Of a DNA stretch of 64,000 nucleotides, positions 52,426 to 63,016 are shown in pieces. Every line of letters starts with the position of its first letter. Within the stretch, counting starts at the first letter, position 1. The notes below the pieces were generated by a model. It searched no databases, was not told where the DNA came from, and saw only the letters and a program-made list of their open reading frames with translations. The position numbers and the translations under genes were made by a program. The stretch comes from Candidatus Parcubacteria bacterium (lineage in GTDB: Bacteria; Patescibacteriota; Patescibacteriia; Buchananbacterales; SURF-54): NCBI GenBank assembly GCA_003599635.1, contig QZIX01000013.1, positions 12,679 to 76,678 of the forward strand, given 5' to 3'.

Positions 52426-53025
52426 ATGATAGCGTACTTGCGCGGTAAAATAAGGTATATAAAACCGCTTTCCAAAAAGGACAACTATTTTATAATTGAT
52501 GTCGGCGGCATCGGTTATTTGGTATTTTGCCCGGCGCAACTGGCGGATAAATTAAAGATCGGGGAAGAAAAGGAAATTTATACCGCGCAAATTATCAGGG
52601 AAGATTCCCATGAATTATACGGCTTTGAAAAGCAAAGCGAGACGGATTTTTTTAAATTATTGATAGGCGTTTCCGGCATCGGTCCGAAAAAATCTTTGGC
52701 CATATTGGAACAGGCAAGACTGGCGGACATCCTAAAGGCAATTGTTTCGGACAAGCCGGAATTTTTAGTCAAGGTTTCCGGACTTAGCAAAAATGTTGCC
52801 GAAAAAATCGTTATCGGTTTGCAGGAAAAAGTAAAAAATTTGTCAGCAAAAGATTTTGGAAAAATTCAGGACATGCCCGATGATTCCGACAGCATGGAAG
52901 CGCTTCTGGCTTTGGGATTTTCTTTGCCGCAGGCAAAAGAAGCGTTAGCGGAAGTATCGTCGGATATCAGCGATAAGGACAAAAGAATTAAGGCAGCGTT
53001 AAAGATACTGGGAAATAACAGATAG
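52426..53025 (+). CDS. ruvA: Holliday junction branch migration complex subunit RuvA
   Basis: MIAYLRGKI...GIGYLV, HhH LIGVSGIGPKKSLAIL, C-terminal domain III. Confidence 0.85.
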   Translation: MIAYLRGKIRYIKPLSKKDNYFIIDVGGIGYLVFCPAQLADKLKIGEEKEIYTAQIIREDSHELYGFEKQSETDFFKLLIGVSGIGPKKSLAILEQARLADILKAIVSDKPEFLVKVSGLSKNVAEKIVIGLQEKVKNLSAKDFGKIQDMPDDSDSMEALLALGFSLPQAKEALAEVSSDISDKDKRIKAALKILGNNR

Positions 53026-53063
53026 TCAGCTGCCGGAAAACCGGCAGACGATTTTAATAAAAT

Positions 53064-53477
53064 ATGATTGATGAACAAATAACCTACGGTGTTTTGGGCC
53101 CGAAAGCCAAAAAGTATTCGATTTATTTTTTCATTTTCGGTCTGATAGGGGCATTTGGCGTAAGATTGGTTTTAATAATTTCCCACTTCAGCCAGTTCTG
53201 GGGCTCATTGGCCTGGTATGTCGCCATGATATCGTATCTCATTTTCTACCACCATCGCTATTATGTAGAATTCAGCAGAAAAAAAATTATTGAAAAATAC
53301 GATTTGCTGAAGAAATTTAAGAAAGAGCAGCTCTCCGACCTGGAAAAAAATGAACTTCTGATGATTTTAAATTCCGTTTATTTTTCCCGCTCAACTTATA
53401 ATTTTTACATTCTTTATGTCGCCACGGTTGCGGCTTTGATTCTGGAAATTATAATTGATTTTATAAAATATTTTTGA
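53064..53477 (+). CDS. hypothetical membrane protein
   Basis: Three TM helices. ATGA overlap with murE. Confidence 0.55.
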   Translation: MIDEQITYGVLGPKAKKYSIYFFIFGLIGAFGVRLVLIISHFSQFWGSLAWYVAMISYLIFYHHRYYVEFSRKKIIEKYDLLKKFKKEQLSDLEKNELLMILNSVYFSRSTYNFYILYVATVAALILEIIIDFIKYF

Positions 53478-54802
53478 TGCTAAAAATTTTTCTAAAAAAA
53501 TTGATACCGGTGCGATTTCTTTCATTGTATCATAAGCTTCTGGCTCTTTCAGCCGCTTTTTTTTACGGTTTCCCCTCGGAAAAAATGATAGTTGTTGGTA
53601 TTACCGGAACTTCCGGCAAATCAACTGTCTGTGAAATGCTGTCTGCAATTCTGGAAAAAACGGGAGCCAAAGTCGGAGTTTCATCGTCAATTAAATTCAA
53701 ATCGGGTAAGGACGAAAAAATAAATGATTTAAAGATGACGATGCCGGGACGATTCAAATTACAGCGCCTGCTTTTTAATATGGTAAAATCCGGCTGCCAA
53801 TTTGCCCTTATTGAATCAACTTCCGAGGGCATAAAACAGCACCGCCATCTGGGCATTAATTATGATATTTTGATTTTTACCAATTTATATCCGGAACATA
53901 TTGAATCGCACGGCAGTTTCGACAATTATAAAAAAGCCAAGGGTGCGTTGTTTGAAAAATTAAGCGGCGGCAAGGTAAAGACAATAGACGGCCGTCAGGT
54001 TAAAAAAACAATTATTGCCAACATTGATGATCCCTATGCCGAATATTTTCTTTGCTTTCGGGCGCAGGCAAAATACGGCTATTCACACATTAACAATAAA
54101 AAAGATCCGGCAAATTTAATTGTCAAAGCTGAAGATTTGCGTGAAAACATTTCCGGCATAAGTTTTAAAGTCGGCAACGTTGATTTTTCACTGCCGATTT
54201 TAGGCAGGCACAATTTATACAATGCCCTGGCTGCCGTTACCGCGGCTTTGGTTTTAGGCATAAGAATCGAAGACTCAAAAGCAGTTCTGGAAAAAATAAA
54301 ATCAATCCCCGGCCGCCTGGAATTTATTAATGCCGGTCAGCCGTTTAATATCATCATCGACTACGCCTTTTTACCGGAAGCCCTGGAAAAAGTTTACGAT
54401 TCAATTAAGCAAATCAAAAAAAACCGAATTATCCATATTCTGGGCTCGGCAGGAGGCGGCAGAGACGCGTCACGCCGGCCAAAGCTTGGTTTTGTTGCGG
54501 GTGAAAATGCAGATTTTGTCATTGTCACAAACGAGGATCCTTATGATGAGGATCCTCAAGAGATAATTAACCAAGTCGTCAAAGGCGCCATTGGAGCCGG
54601 AAAGGTAATTGATGAAAATCTTTTTAAAATTTTAGACCGACGCGATGCCATAAAAAAAGCGTTGTCTTTGGCAAAAGCGGGAGATCTTATAATTATTACG
54701 GGCAAAGGATCTGAGCAGTCAATTGCATCAGCGGGAGGAAAATTGATTCCCTGGAACGACAAACAGGCTGTTTTGGAAGAACTGGGAAGAAGTAACCATT
54801 AA
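53474..54802 (+). CDS. murE: Mur ligase, MurE-like (short N-terminus)
   Basis: GITGTSGKST P-loop, GGGRDASRRPKLG, GKGSEQ. The position of the DAP-specific DNPR motif reads NEDPY. Confidence 0.8.
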   Translation: MMLKIFLKKLIPVRFLSLYHKLLALSAAFFYGFPSEKMIVVGITGTSGKSTVCEMLSAILEKTGAKVGVSSSIKFKSGKDEKINDLKMTMPGRFKLQRLLFNMVKSGCQFALIESTSEGIKQHRHLGINYDILIFTNLYPEHIESHGSFDNYKKAKGALFEKLSGGKVKTIDGRQVKKTIIANIDDPYAEYFLCFRAQAKYGYSHINNKKDPANLIVKAEDLRENISGISFKVGNVDFSLPILGRHNLYNALAAVTAALVLGIRIEDSKAVLEKIKSIPGRLEFINAGQPFNIIIDYAFLPEALEKVYDSIKQIKKNRIIHILGSAGGGRDASRRPKLGFVAGENADFVIVTNEDPYDEDPQEIINQVVKGAIGAGKVIDENLFKILDRRDAIKKALSLAKAGDLIIITGKGSEQSIASAGGKLIPWNDKQAVLEELGRSNH

Positions 54803-54924
54803 CAATTAACGGCTGGCGATTAACATCGGAGGGTGAACCCAGATGCATATAATTTCCAAAAAAGTAATTGGTATAAACATAAGATTGGTAACTATAAAGT
54901 ATTGCAAGAATGGAAAAAGATAAC

Positions 54925-54956
54925 ATTCTGACATTCTTAAGAAAGTCAGAATTTTG
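54925..54956 (+). terminator. rho-independent terminator
   Basis: Stem ATTCTGAC/GTCAGAAT plus T4. Confidence 0.6.
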
Positions 54957-55067
54957 AAAATTTTGTTGATGTTATTTTCAATTTTTGCCCTAAATTCGTA
55001 TATTTGCGCCTCGCTGTTCCTAAATTAACTAGGCCGAAGCGGGTGATAAATTCGTAATTAGTAATTT

Positions 55068-55340
55068 ATGACAAAAGACTTTTATTGGGAAAGAATTGCC
55101 ATCTGCTCATTTATCGGGGCGGGCGGGGGTATTTCCGTTGCCTTTCTTCTGGGACAGGATTTTAAGGTATTTGTTTTTCTGGGGGTGGCAGTGGGTATCG
55201 CCTTAAGCACGGTTATGGAAGCAGACTTAGTTGCCGAAATTCGGCCGGCAAAAAAAAGTCCCAAAATCACACTGGAAAGGACAATTGCCAAAGAATTCAA
55301 GGAAAAGCTGCCGGATGACATCAGGGGTTTAAAGGAATAG
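55068..55340 (+). CDS. small membrane protein
   Basis: Two TM helices and a charged tail. 90 aa. Confidence 0.5.
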   Translation: MTKDFYWERIAICSFIGAGGGISVAFLLGQDFKVFVFLGVAVGIALSTVMEADLVAEIRPAKKSPKITLERTIAKEFKEKLPDDIRGLKE

Positions 55341-55415
55341 TTAAGGGATAAATTGTTGAAAAACTGTGAATTTTTTGCTTTTTTGAAATTTTAAGGGATT
55401 TTTTTGATTTAAATT

Positions 55416-55446
55416 AAGCTAAACTTCAGTTTTTAGCTTTTTTTCC
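55416..55446 (+). terminator. rho-independent terminator
   Basis: Stem AAGCTAAA/TTTAGCTT plus T7. Confidence 0.7.
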
Positions 55447-55465
55447 GCTTTAGGCAATGAAATAT

Positions 55466-55494
55466 TTGACAAGTTTTTTATTTTTTGATATTAT
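55466..55494 (+). promoter_or_regulatory. strong sigma70-like promoter of rpoBC (TTGACA-17-TGaTATTAT)
   Basis: TTGACA 55466-55471. Extended -10 TGATATTAT 55486-55494. Leader of about 190 nt. Confidence 0.65.
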
Positions 55495-55687
55495 CTTAAA
55501 GTTATTCAAAACGAAAAATAACTCATATTATAAAAGAAAAATTCCCGCTATCGAACCAACGTGCATTAATTTAAAAACAAAAAAGTAGTGGGCTTATTTT
55601 TTTACGAAAAAAACAAATAAATAATAATACCTCGTCCCTAAATTAGCTTAGGGAGGAGCGTGTTTTAGTCTAATTTTCAAATTGATT

Positions 55688-58600
55688 ATGGCTAAAAGAA
55701 AACGTTTTACGAAACTCCATGAGGCGGTGCCGCTTCCCGACCTGATTGAGGCGCAAAAAACTTCATATAAATGGTTTTTGGATCAGGGTTTGAAAGAATT
55801 GTTTGAAGAAGTATCGCCGATAAAAGATTTTATCGGCCGTGATTTGGAATTGTATTTTGAAAAATACACTCTTGACGAGCCGAAGTTTGACGAAGCTACC
55901 AGCCGGGCCAAAAATCTGACTTTTGAAGCGCCGCTGCGGGTAAATGTCCGCCTGAAAAATAAAAGGAGCAATAAAGATATTGAACAGGAAGTCTTCCTTG
56001 GCGATTTTCCTTTAATGACCGACCGGGGTACTTTTATAATTAACGGCATTGAAAGAGTGGTTGTATCACAGTTAATCAGATCAGCCGGCGTATTTTTTAC
56101 ATCAGAAGTGATGGCGGAAAAAAAATATTACGGGGCCAAAGTCATTCCCAACCGCGGATCTTGGCTTGAATTTGAAACCGATCAGAATAATGTCATCTGG
56201 GTAAAAATAGACCGGAAAAGAAAAGTGGCGGCGACATCCTTGCTCCGGGCTTTCGGATACGGCAGCGACGAAGATTTGCAGAAGCTTTTTTCCGACGTTG
56301 ATATCCATCCGAGCATCAGCTATATAAAATCGACTTTGGCAAAGGACCTGGCGCACAATGAGGGGGAAGGTTTAATTGAAGTTTATAAAAGAATCAGGCC
56401 CGGGGATCTGGCAACAGTTGATAATGCCAAGTCATTAATTTTTTCAATGTTTTTCAATTTTGACCGTTATGATTTCGGCCGGGTCGGCAGGTACAAATTG
56501 AATGAACGCTTTAATTTAAAAATTCCCAATACCAAAGAAAACAGGGTTTTAAGAATAGAGGATCTGGTTTCAATAGTGAAGGAAATCATTACTTTAAACA
56601 TTTCGCAAAAAGAAGCAGATGACATTGATCATCTGGGTAACCGCAGGGTCCGGGCAATCGGCGAACTGGTGCAAAATAAATTCAGAATCGGGCTGGCCAG
56701 GATGGAAAGAATTGTCCGTGACCGGATGAGCACGCTTGACATAAATGAACTTACGCCCAACAAACTGATTAATGCCCGTCCGGTAATCGGGGCAGTCAAG
56801 GAATTTTTTATGTCTTCCCAGCTTTCGCAGTTTATGGATCAGACTAATCCCTTGGCCGAACTTGAACATAAGAGACGGCTTTCAGCCATGGGGCCCGGAG
56901 GATTGTCGCGCGAAAGAGCGGGCTTTGATGTGCGTGACGTCCATCAGACTCACTATGGCAGAATTTGTCCCATTGCCACGCCTGAAGGCCCGAACATCGG
57001 ACTGGTCGGTCATTTGGCAAGTTATGCCAAAATTAATGAATACGGATTTATTGAAACGCCTTTTCGAAAAGTTATCCATGATCCGCAAAACAAAGCGTCA
57101 AAAACCGCCGGAGAAATTGCCAGAGAAGATATTTTAGACCCGAAGACAAAAAAAATCATTGTGAAAGCGGGCGGGAATATCGACAAAAAAACTGCCGATG
57201 AACTGGAAAAAATTGCTGAATTAAAAACCATTCCGGTCAGGGCTCACCTTTCAGATGAAGTCTTGTATCTTACCGCTTTTCAGGGTGAAAGAGTAATCAG
57301 CACGGCCGCCACCACACCTGTCGATGAAAACGGATACTTTGTAAAAGAAAAAGCGGAAGTCAGGCGGTACGGCGAACCGGACATCGATTATACTTATAAA
57401 ATCGATTATATGGATGTTGCCCCTCATCAGATTATCAGCATAACCACGGCTTTGATTCCTTTTTTGGAACACGATGATGCGGTCAGGGCTTTAATGGGTT
57501 CCAATATGCAGCGCCAGGCCGTGCCTTGTATAATGCCCCATGCTCCTTTAGTGGGAACAGGAATTGAAGACAAGGCAGCGGCTGATTCGGGACATTTGAT
57601 AATTTCCGAAGTCGAAGGCACGGTAAAATATGTTTCGGCCGATAGAATTGAAATTCTGGGAAAAGACAAAAAAATCAAGCAATATAAATTGAATAAATTT
57701 TTGCGGTCCAATGCCTCGACGGCTATTAATCAAAGGCCGATAGTGAACGTCAACGATAAGGTAGAAGCGGGCGATGTTATGGCAGACGGATCGGCAACTG
57801 AGCAGGGCGAACTGGCGTTGGGTCAGAATATTTTATGCGCATTCATGGCCTGGGAGGGCTATAACTATGAAGATGCCATCATTATTTCCGAAAGGATCGT
57901 TCGTGAAGACTATTACACCTCCATTTATATAGAGGATTTTCAGATTGAAGTCCGGGATACAAAGCTTGGCCCTGAAGTAATTACTTCGGACATACCTAAT
58001 ATCAGCGAGGAAAAATTAAAAGACCTTGATGCCGAAGGAATCGTTCGAATCGGCGCGTCAGTAACTTCGGGAGATATTTTGGTCGGTAAAATTGCGCCGA
58101 AAGGAGAAACCGAACTTTCGGCGGAAGAAAAACTTTTACGGGCGATTTTTGGCGAAAAGGCAAGGGATGTCCGCGACAGTTCGCTTTATCTTGAACATGG
58201 GGAACAGGGTAAAGTCGTGGATATAAAAATATTTTCACGTGAAGCAGGCGATAAATTAGCTTCAGGAGTCATTAAAATGATTCAGGTGTCAATTGCCAAT
58301 TTAAGAAAAGTGCAGGTGGGCGATAAAATGGCCGGCCGCCATGGCAACAAAGGAGTAATTTCCGTAGTCCTGCCGATAGAAGATATGCCGTTTTTGGAAG
58401 ACGGGACTCCGATTGATATCGTACTGAGCCCGCTGGGGGTAGTTTCCCGGATGAACCTGGGCCAGATATTGGAAACGCATCTGGGGCTTGCCGCTTACAA
58501 ATTGGGCTATAAAGTCGCCAGCCCTGTGCTTGACGGTGTACCGGAAACAGTCATCAGGGAAGAGCTGATAAAGGCCGGATATCCCGAAGACGGAAAATTG

Positions 58601-59071
58601 ACTTTGTTTGACGGCCGCAGCGGCGAACCATTTTCTGAAAGATCGACTGTCGGCATGATTTATATGATGAAGTTAAATCACATGGTTGAAGATAAGATAC
58701 ACCAAAGGTCAATCGGTCCTTATTCGTTGATTACCCAGCAGCCGCTGGGGGGCAAGGCCCAGTTCGGCGGACAGCGGTTTGGCGAAATGGAAGTCTGGGC
58801 TCTGGAAGCTTATGGCGCCGCGCACAGCTTGCAGGAAATCCTGACAATCAAATCCGATGATGTACCGGGCAGGTCCAAAGCTTATGAATCAATAATTAAG
58901 GGGGAACCGATTAAAAAGCTTAATGTTCCGGAATCTTTTAACGTATTGTTAAGAGAACTGAATGGGCTGTGTCTTAATGTCGATTTAATTAAATGCGACG
59001 AGGGAAGCAAGATTTTGGAAGAAGTGAAGAACACAGATAAAAAGAAGCCGGTAAAAGAAAAAAATAAATAA
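55688..59071 (+). CDS. rpoB: DNA-directed RNA polymerase subunit beta
   Basis: Unmistakable RpoB motifs (GDKMAGRHGNKG, FGEMEVWALEAYGAA). First ATG of a TTG-extended ORF. Confidence 0.97.
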   Translation: MAKRKRFTKLHEAVPLPDLIEAQKTSYKWFLDQGLKELFEEVSPIKDFIGRDLELYFEKYTLDEPKFDEATSRAKNLTFEAPLRVNVRLKNKRSNKDIEQEVFLGDFPLMTDRGTFIINGIERVVVSQLIRSAGVFFTSEVMAEKKYYGAKVIPNRGSWLEFETDQNNVIWVKIDRKRKVAATSLLRAFGYGSDEDLQKLFSDVDIHPSISYIKSTLAKDLAHNEGEGLIEVYKRIRPGDLATVDNAKSLIFSMFFNFDRYDFGRVGRYKLNERFNLKIPNTKENRVLRIEDLVSIVKEIITLNISQKEADDIDHLGNRRVRAIGELVQNKFRIGLARMERIVRDRMSTLDINELTPNKLINARPVIGAVKEFFMSSQLSQFMDQTNPLAELEHKRRLSAMGPGGLSRERAGFDVRDVHQTHYGRICPIATPEGPNIGLVGHLASYAKINEYGFIETPFRKVIHDPQNKASKTAGEIAREDILDPKTKKIIVKAGGNIDKKTADELEKIAELKTIPVRAHLSDEVLYLTAFQGERVISTAATTPVDENGYFVKEKAEVRRYGEPDIDYTYKIDYMDVAPHQIISITTALIPFLEHDDAVRALMGSNMQRQAVPCIMPHAPLVGTGIEDKAAADSGHLIISEVEGTVKYVSADRIEILGKDKKIKQYKLNKFLRSNASTAINQRPIVNVNDKVEAGDVMADGSATEQGELALGQNILCAFMAWEGYNYEDAIIISERIVREDYYTSIYIEDFQIEVRDTKLGPEVITSDIPNISEEKLKDLDAEGIVRIGASVTSGDILVGKIAPKGETELSAEEKLLRAIFGEKARDVRDSSLYLEHGEQGKVVDIKIFSREAGDKLASGVIKMIQVSIANLRKVQVGDKMAGRHGNKGVISVVLPIEDMPFLEDGTPIDIVLSPLGVVSRMNLGQILETHLGLAAYKLGYKVASPVLDGVPETVIREELIKAGYPEDGKLTLFDGRSGEPFSERSTVGMIYMMKLNHMVEDKIHQRSIGPYSLITQQPLGGKAQFGGQRFGEMEVWALEAYGAAHSLQEILTIKSDDVPGRSKAYESIIKGEPIKKLNVPESFNVLLRELNGLCLNVDLIKCDEGSKILEEVKNTDKKKPVKEKNK

Positions 59072-59095
59072 TCAATTTTTCAAAAATTTTCAAAT

Positions 59096-62000
59096 ATGCA
59101 AGAGCCAACAAAAATAATTGAATTTAACGCTTTACGGCTGACTTTGGCATCACCTGTTAATATTAAGGAATGGTCTTTTGGCGAAGTGTTAAAACCGGAA
59201 ACCGTCAATTACCGCACGCAGAAACCTGAAAAAGACGGGCTTTTTTGCGAAAGAATTTTCGGGCCATCAAAAGACTGGGAATGTTACTGCGGTAAATACA
59301 AAAAAATACGTTACAAAGGCATTATCTGCGACAAATGCGGAGTAGAAGTCACCCGCTCAATTGTCCGGAGAGAAAGGATGGGACATATTAATCTCGCCGT
59401 CCCCTGTTCTCATATCTGGTTTTTGCGGGGTGTGCCTTCAAAAATCGGCCTGATGCTTGACCTGTCGCCGCAGGCTTTGGAAAAAGTGATTTATTTTGCC
59501 AATTTCATCATTACTAATGTCAATGAAGATTTGAAAAAGGACACTTTGGAACAGATAAAGCAGGAATTCAAATCGAAAAAGAAAAGGATTGAATCCGACT
59601 TTCAGCAGCAGGCGGTCGCAGCCAAGAAAAAAATTCTTTCCGACACCAAAGCAAAAAACATATCTCTGCAGGACAGTTTGATTGAACAGGAAAGTAAAAA
59701 ACTTGAAGAAAGGAAAAAAGAAAAAATCAAGGAACTGGAAAAAGTCCTTCAGATAGCGGAAACCGAACTTAAAGATCTGAAGCCGTTGAAAATAATTTCC
59801 GAGCATATCTATCAGGATTTATCAATCAAATACGGCCATCTTTTTGATGCCGGCATCGGCGCCGAAGCCATCAGGCAGCTTCTGGAAGAAATTGATCTGG
59901 AAAAACTTAATTCTGAACTTAAAGAAGTTTTGAAAAACAGCCGGGGGCCTGTCAGAGAGAAGACCCAAAAAAGACTGCGGCTGGTGAATAATTTGAAAAA
60001 AAACAAATTAAGACCGGAGTGGATGATATTGACCATAGTGCCAGTCATCCCGCCGGATTTAAGACCCATGGTTCCCCTTGACGGAGGAAGGTTTGCCACG
60101 TCAGATCTTAATGATTTATACCGAAGAATAATTAACAGAAACAACCGTTTAAAACAGCTTAAAGAATTAAACGCTCCGGAAGTTATCTGCCGGAATGAAA
60201 AACGAATGCTTCAGGAAGCGGTTGATGCCTTAATAGACAATTCCGCCCGCCATGGCAAAACAGTAGTTGCCTCTACCGGACAGAAAAGAATGCTAAAGTC
60301 GCTGGCCGACATTTTAAAGGGCAAGCAGGGAAGATTTCGGCAGAATCTTTTAGGAAAAAGAATCGACTATTCCGGCCGTTCGGTGATAGTCATCGGGCCG
60401 AAATTAAGAATTGATCAATGCGGTATTCCGAAAAAAATGGCATTGGAATTATTCAAGCCGTTTATCATCAGCCAGCTGATCAAATTAGAGCATGTCCATA
60501 ATGTAAGATCAGCCAGCCGGATGATTGAAGCTGGAAAAGAAGAAGTTTGGGATATTTTAGAAGAAGTCGTCAAAGGATCGCATGTCATGTTAAATCGCGC
60601 ACCGACGCTTCATCGCCTGGGTATTCAGGCTTTCAAGCCGGTATTAATCGAAGGCAAAGCCATTCAGATTCATCCTTTGGTTTGCGACGCCTTTAATGCT
60701 GACTTTGACGGCGATCAGATGGCTGTGCACGTGCCTTTAACCGAACAGGCGAAATGGGAGGCGGCAAATATAATGATTTCTTCCCGGAATCTGCTCAAAC
60801 CGGCAACCGGGGATCCGATTACCGTACCGACAAAGGATATGGTCTGGGGGATTTATTATATGACCCAGCCGGATATTTCAAAAGCCAGACCCAAAGCCGT
60901 GTCTAAAAGCGAAGCTTTGTTTGCCGTCCAGCTTAAACAATTGAAACTGCAACGGGAAATTTTAATCAACAAAAAAGAAATAAACAAAACTATAGAACCA
61001 AAAGAAGATAAGGAAGCAGTTTTTGTCAAAACAACGGCCGGCCGACTGATTTTTAACGAAATTCTTCCGCCTGAATTTCCTTATTATAATAAACTAATTG
61101 ACGGCAAAACACTAAGATCGATAGTCGGTCTGCTTTTAGAAAGATTCGGGCAGGAAAAAACCGCCATACTGCTGGATAATATCAAGGGCTTAGGGCTGAA
61201 ATATCTGACTTTATCGGGTTTTTCCTGGGGCATGGACGATATCCCCGATTTGGAAGAAAAGAAAAACATTATTGCGCAGGCAGACAAAGAAGTTTCCGAT
61301 ATTTCGGAACAATATGAGAATGGTCTGTTAACTGACAGCGAACGTCACAGTAAAATAATTGAAATCTGGATGTCGGCCAAAGACAAAATTGTCGAAATTT
61401 CAAAAAATTCGCTTAAAGCCGAGGGCCCTATTTATACAATGGTTGAATCCGGCGCCCGCGGTTCATGGGGGCAGCTGATCCAGATTATGGGTATGAAGGG
61501 GCTGGTAACCAATCCGGCCGGAGAAATCATTGAACTGCCGGTCAAAGGCAACTTTAAGGAAGGTTTTGATGTTTTGGAATATTTCATTTCCACCCACGGT
61601 GCCAGGAAAGGTTTGTCAGATACCGCCTTAAGGACAGCAAATGCCGGTTATTTAACGCGACGCCTTGTTGACGTTGCCCAGGATTTGGTCATTTCCGAAG
61701 AGGATTGCAAGGATAGCGAAGGCAATATTATTACCAAAAAGGAAAGCGATGAAATCGGCAAGCCGTTAGCTGACAGGGTATTGGGAAGGTATGTTATGGA
61801 AGACGTAAAAAAAGGCAATAAAGTAATTATCAAGAAAGGCGAGGTTATAAACAGGGAAACGGCGGAAAAGATAAAAGCCATGGACTTAGCTGAACTGAAA
61901 GTGCGTTCGGTTATTACCTGCAAAACTTACAAGGGTATCTGTAAAAAATGCTATGGTTATGATTTGGCGTATAATAAACCTGTTGAGCTGGGTGTTGCCG

Positions 62001-62968
62001 TGGGAATTATCGCCGCGCAAAGCATCGGTGAACCGGGAACACAACTGACAATGAGAACTTTCCATACGGGAGGTGTAGCCGGTCTTGATATAACTCAAGG
62101 TTTACCGAGAGTGGAGGAAATTTTTGAATGCCGTACTCCCAAAAATAAAGCCACTTTAGCCGAAGTTGACGGTAAAGTCGAAATTGAGTTGCCAAAATCT
62201 GCCGGTAAAAACAAAATTATAAAGATTGCCTATAAAGATATTGAAAAAGACCACTATTTGTTCGCTGACAAAGCGAAACTTGAAGTTAAAGACGGAGATA
62301 AAGTTAAAAAGGCAAGCGTTTTATTTACCGCCCCGGAAGGCGAAAAAGTTGTGGCGAAAAGAGACGGCAAAGTTAAACTGGAAGAAAAGGAGCTGGTAAT
62401 TTATGTCGAGCTGGAAAAGAAAAAAGAGTATTTAATACCGCCTGAATTTAATGTTTTGGTCAGTGCCGGCGATTTGGTGGTTAAAGGCACGATTCTTACG
62501 GACGGCAGTCTGGATCTGCAGCAGCTTTTCAAATTAAGCGGCAAAGAAGCAACTCAGAAATATATTTTAAAGGAAATTCAGAGGATTTATTCTTCGCAGG
62601 GACAAAAATTAAACGACAAGCACATTGAACTTATAACCAGACAGATGTTTTCCCGGTATTTAGTAAAAAGCGCGGGTAGCACTGATCTTTTGCCGGGAGA
62701 AAGAGTGGAAAAATCCGAACTCCTGGAAGCCAATGACAAAGCCAAAAAAACCGGAAATAAGGAAGCTACGGGAGAAGAGTTGTTATTGGGTATTACCAAA
62801 GTTTCTCTTTCAACGTCAAGCTTTTTGTCGGCCGCATCGTTCCAGGAAACGGCCCGCGTGTTAATTAACGCAGCGGTGGCAGGCCGGATCGACAAACTGG
62901 AAGGCTTGAAGGAAAATGTTATTATCGGCCGGCTGATTCCGGCAGGCACGGGTTTTAAAAAAGAATAG
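59096..62968 (+). CDS. rpoC: DNA-directed RNA polymerase subunit beta'
   Basis: Zn finger CYCGKYKK...CDKCG, NADFDGDQMAVH catalytic loop. 24 nt downstream of rpoB. Confidence 0.97.
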   Translation: MQEPTKIIEFNALRLTLASPVNIKEWSFGEVLKPETVNYRTQKPEKDGLFCERIFGPSKDWECYCGKYKKIRYKGIICDKCGVEVTRSIVRRERMGHINLAVPCSHIWFLRGVPSKIGLMLDLSPQALEKVIYFANFIITNVNEDLKKDTLEQIKQEFKSKKKRIESDFQQQAVAAKKKILSDTKAKNISLQDSLIEQESKKLEERKKEKIKELEKVLQIAETELKDLKPLKIISEHIYQDLSIKYGHLFDAGIGAEAIRQLLEEIDLEKLNSELKEVLKNSRGPVREKTQKRLRLVNNLKKNKLRPEWMILTIVPVIPPDLRPMVPLDGGRFATSDLNDLYRRIINRNNRLKQLKELNAPEVICRNEKRMLQEAVDALIDNSARHGKTVVASTGQKRMLKSLADILKGKQGRFRQNLLGKRIDYSGRSVIVIGPKLRIDQCGIPKKMALELFKPFIISQLIKLEHVHNVRSASRMIEAGKEEVWDILEEVVKGSHVMLNRAPTLHRLGIQAFKPVLIEGKAIQIHPLVCDAFNADFDGDQMAVHVPLTEQAKWEAANIMISSRNLLKPATGDPITVPTKDMVWGIYYMTQPDISKARPKAVSKSEALFAVQLKQLKLQREILINKKEINKTIEPKEDKEAVFVKTTAGRLIFNEILPPEFPYYNKLIDGKTLRSIVGLLLERFGQEKTAILLDNIKGLGLKYLTLSGFSWGMDDIPDLEEKKNIIAQADKEVSDISEQYENGLLTDSERHSKIIEIWMSAKDKIVEISKNSLKAEGPIYTMVESGARGSWGQLIQIMGMKGLVTNPAGEIIELPVKGNFKEGFDVLEYFISTHGARKGLSDTALRTANAGYLTRRLVDVAQDLVISEEDCKDSEGNIITKKESDEIGKPLADRVLGRYVMEDVKKGNKVIIKKGEVINRETAEKIKAMDLAELKVRSVITCKTYKGICKKCYGYDLAYNKPVELGVAVGIIAAQSIGEPGTQLTMRTFHTGGVAGLDITQGLPRVEEIFECRTPKNKATLAEVDGKVEIELPKSAGKNKIIKIAYKDIEKDHYLFADKAKLEVKDGDKVKKASVLFTAPEGEKVVAKRDGKVKLEEKELVIYVELEKKKEYLIPPEFNVLVSAGDLVVKGTILTDGSLDLQQLFKLSGKEATQKYILKEIQRIYSSQGQKLNDKHIELITRQMFSRYLVKSAGSTDLLPGERVEKSELLEANDKAKKTGNKEATGEELLLGITKVSLSTSSFLSAASFQETARVLINAAVAGRIDKLEGLKENVIIGRLIPAGTGFKKE

Positions 62969-62983
62969 ATTTTTTCATTACAA

Positions 62984-63011
62984 AAAACGCTTTTTTACGG
63001 AAGCGTTTTTT
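62984..63011. terminator. bidirectional rho-independent terminator
   Basis: 9-bp stem AAAACGCTT/AAGCGTTTT flanked by A and T runs. Lies between convergent genes. Confidence 0.75.
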
Positions 63012-63016
63012 GATAC

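Noticed and set aside
54696-54926. 76-aa minus-strand ORF after murE
   Set aside because: It overlaps the murE 3' end and the spacer, has no RBS, and a plus-strand terminator lies at 54925-54956.
55520-55687. Structured element in the ~190-nt rpoB leader (hairpin TCCCTAA/TTAGGGA at about 55644-55663 overlapping a GGGAGGAG)
   Set aside because: The stem is only 7 bp with mismatched extensions, and the SD-like sequence is ~35 nt from the ATG. I cannot distinguish a regulatory structure from chance without covariation data.
59438-60144. Minus-strand ORFs inside rpoC, and similar ones inside rpoB, ileS, pilB and the kinase gene
   Set aside because: They lie entirely within strongly supported genes on the opposite strand, with low-complexity translations and no RBS.
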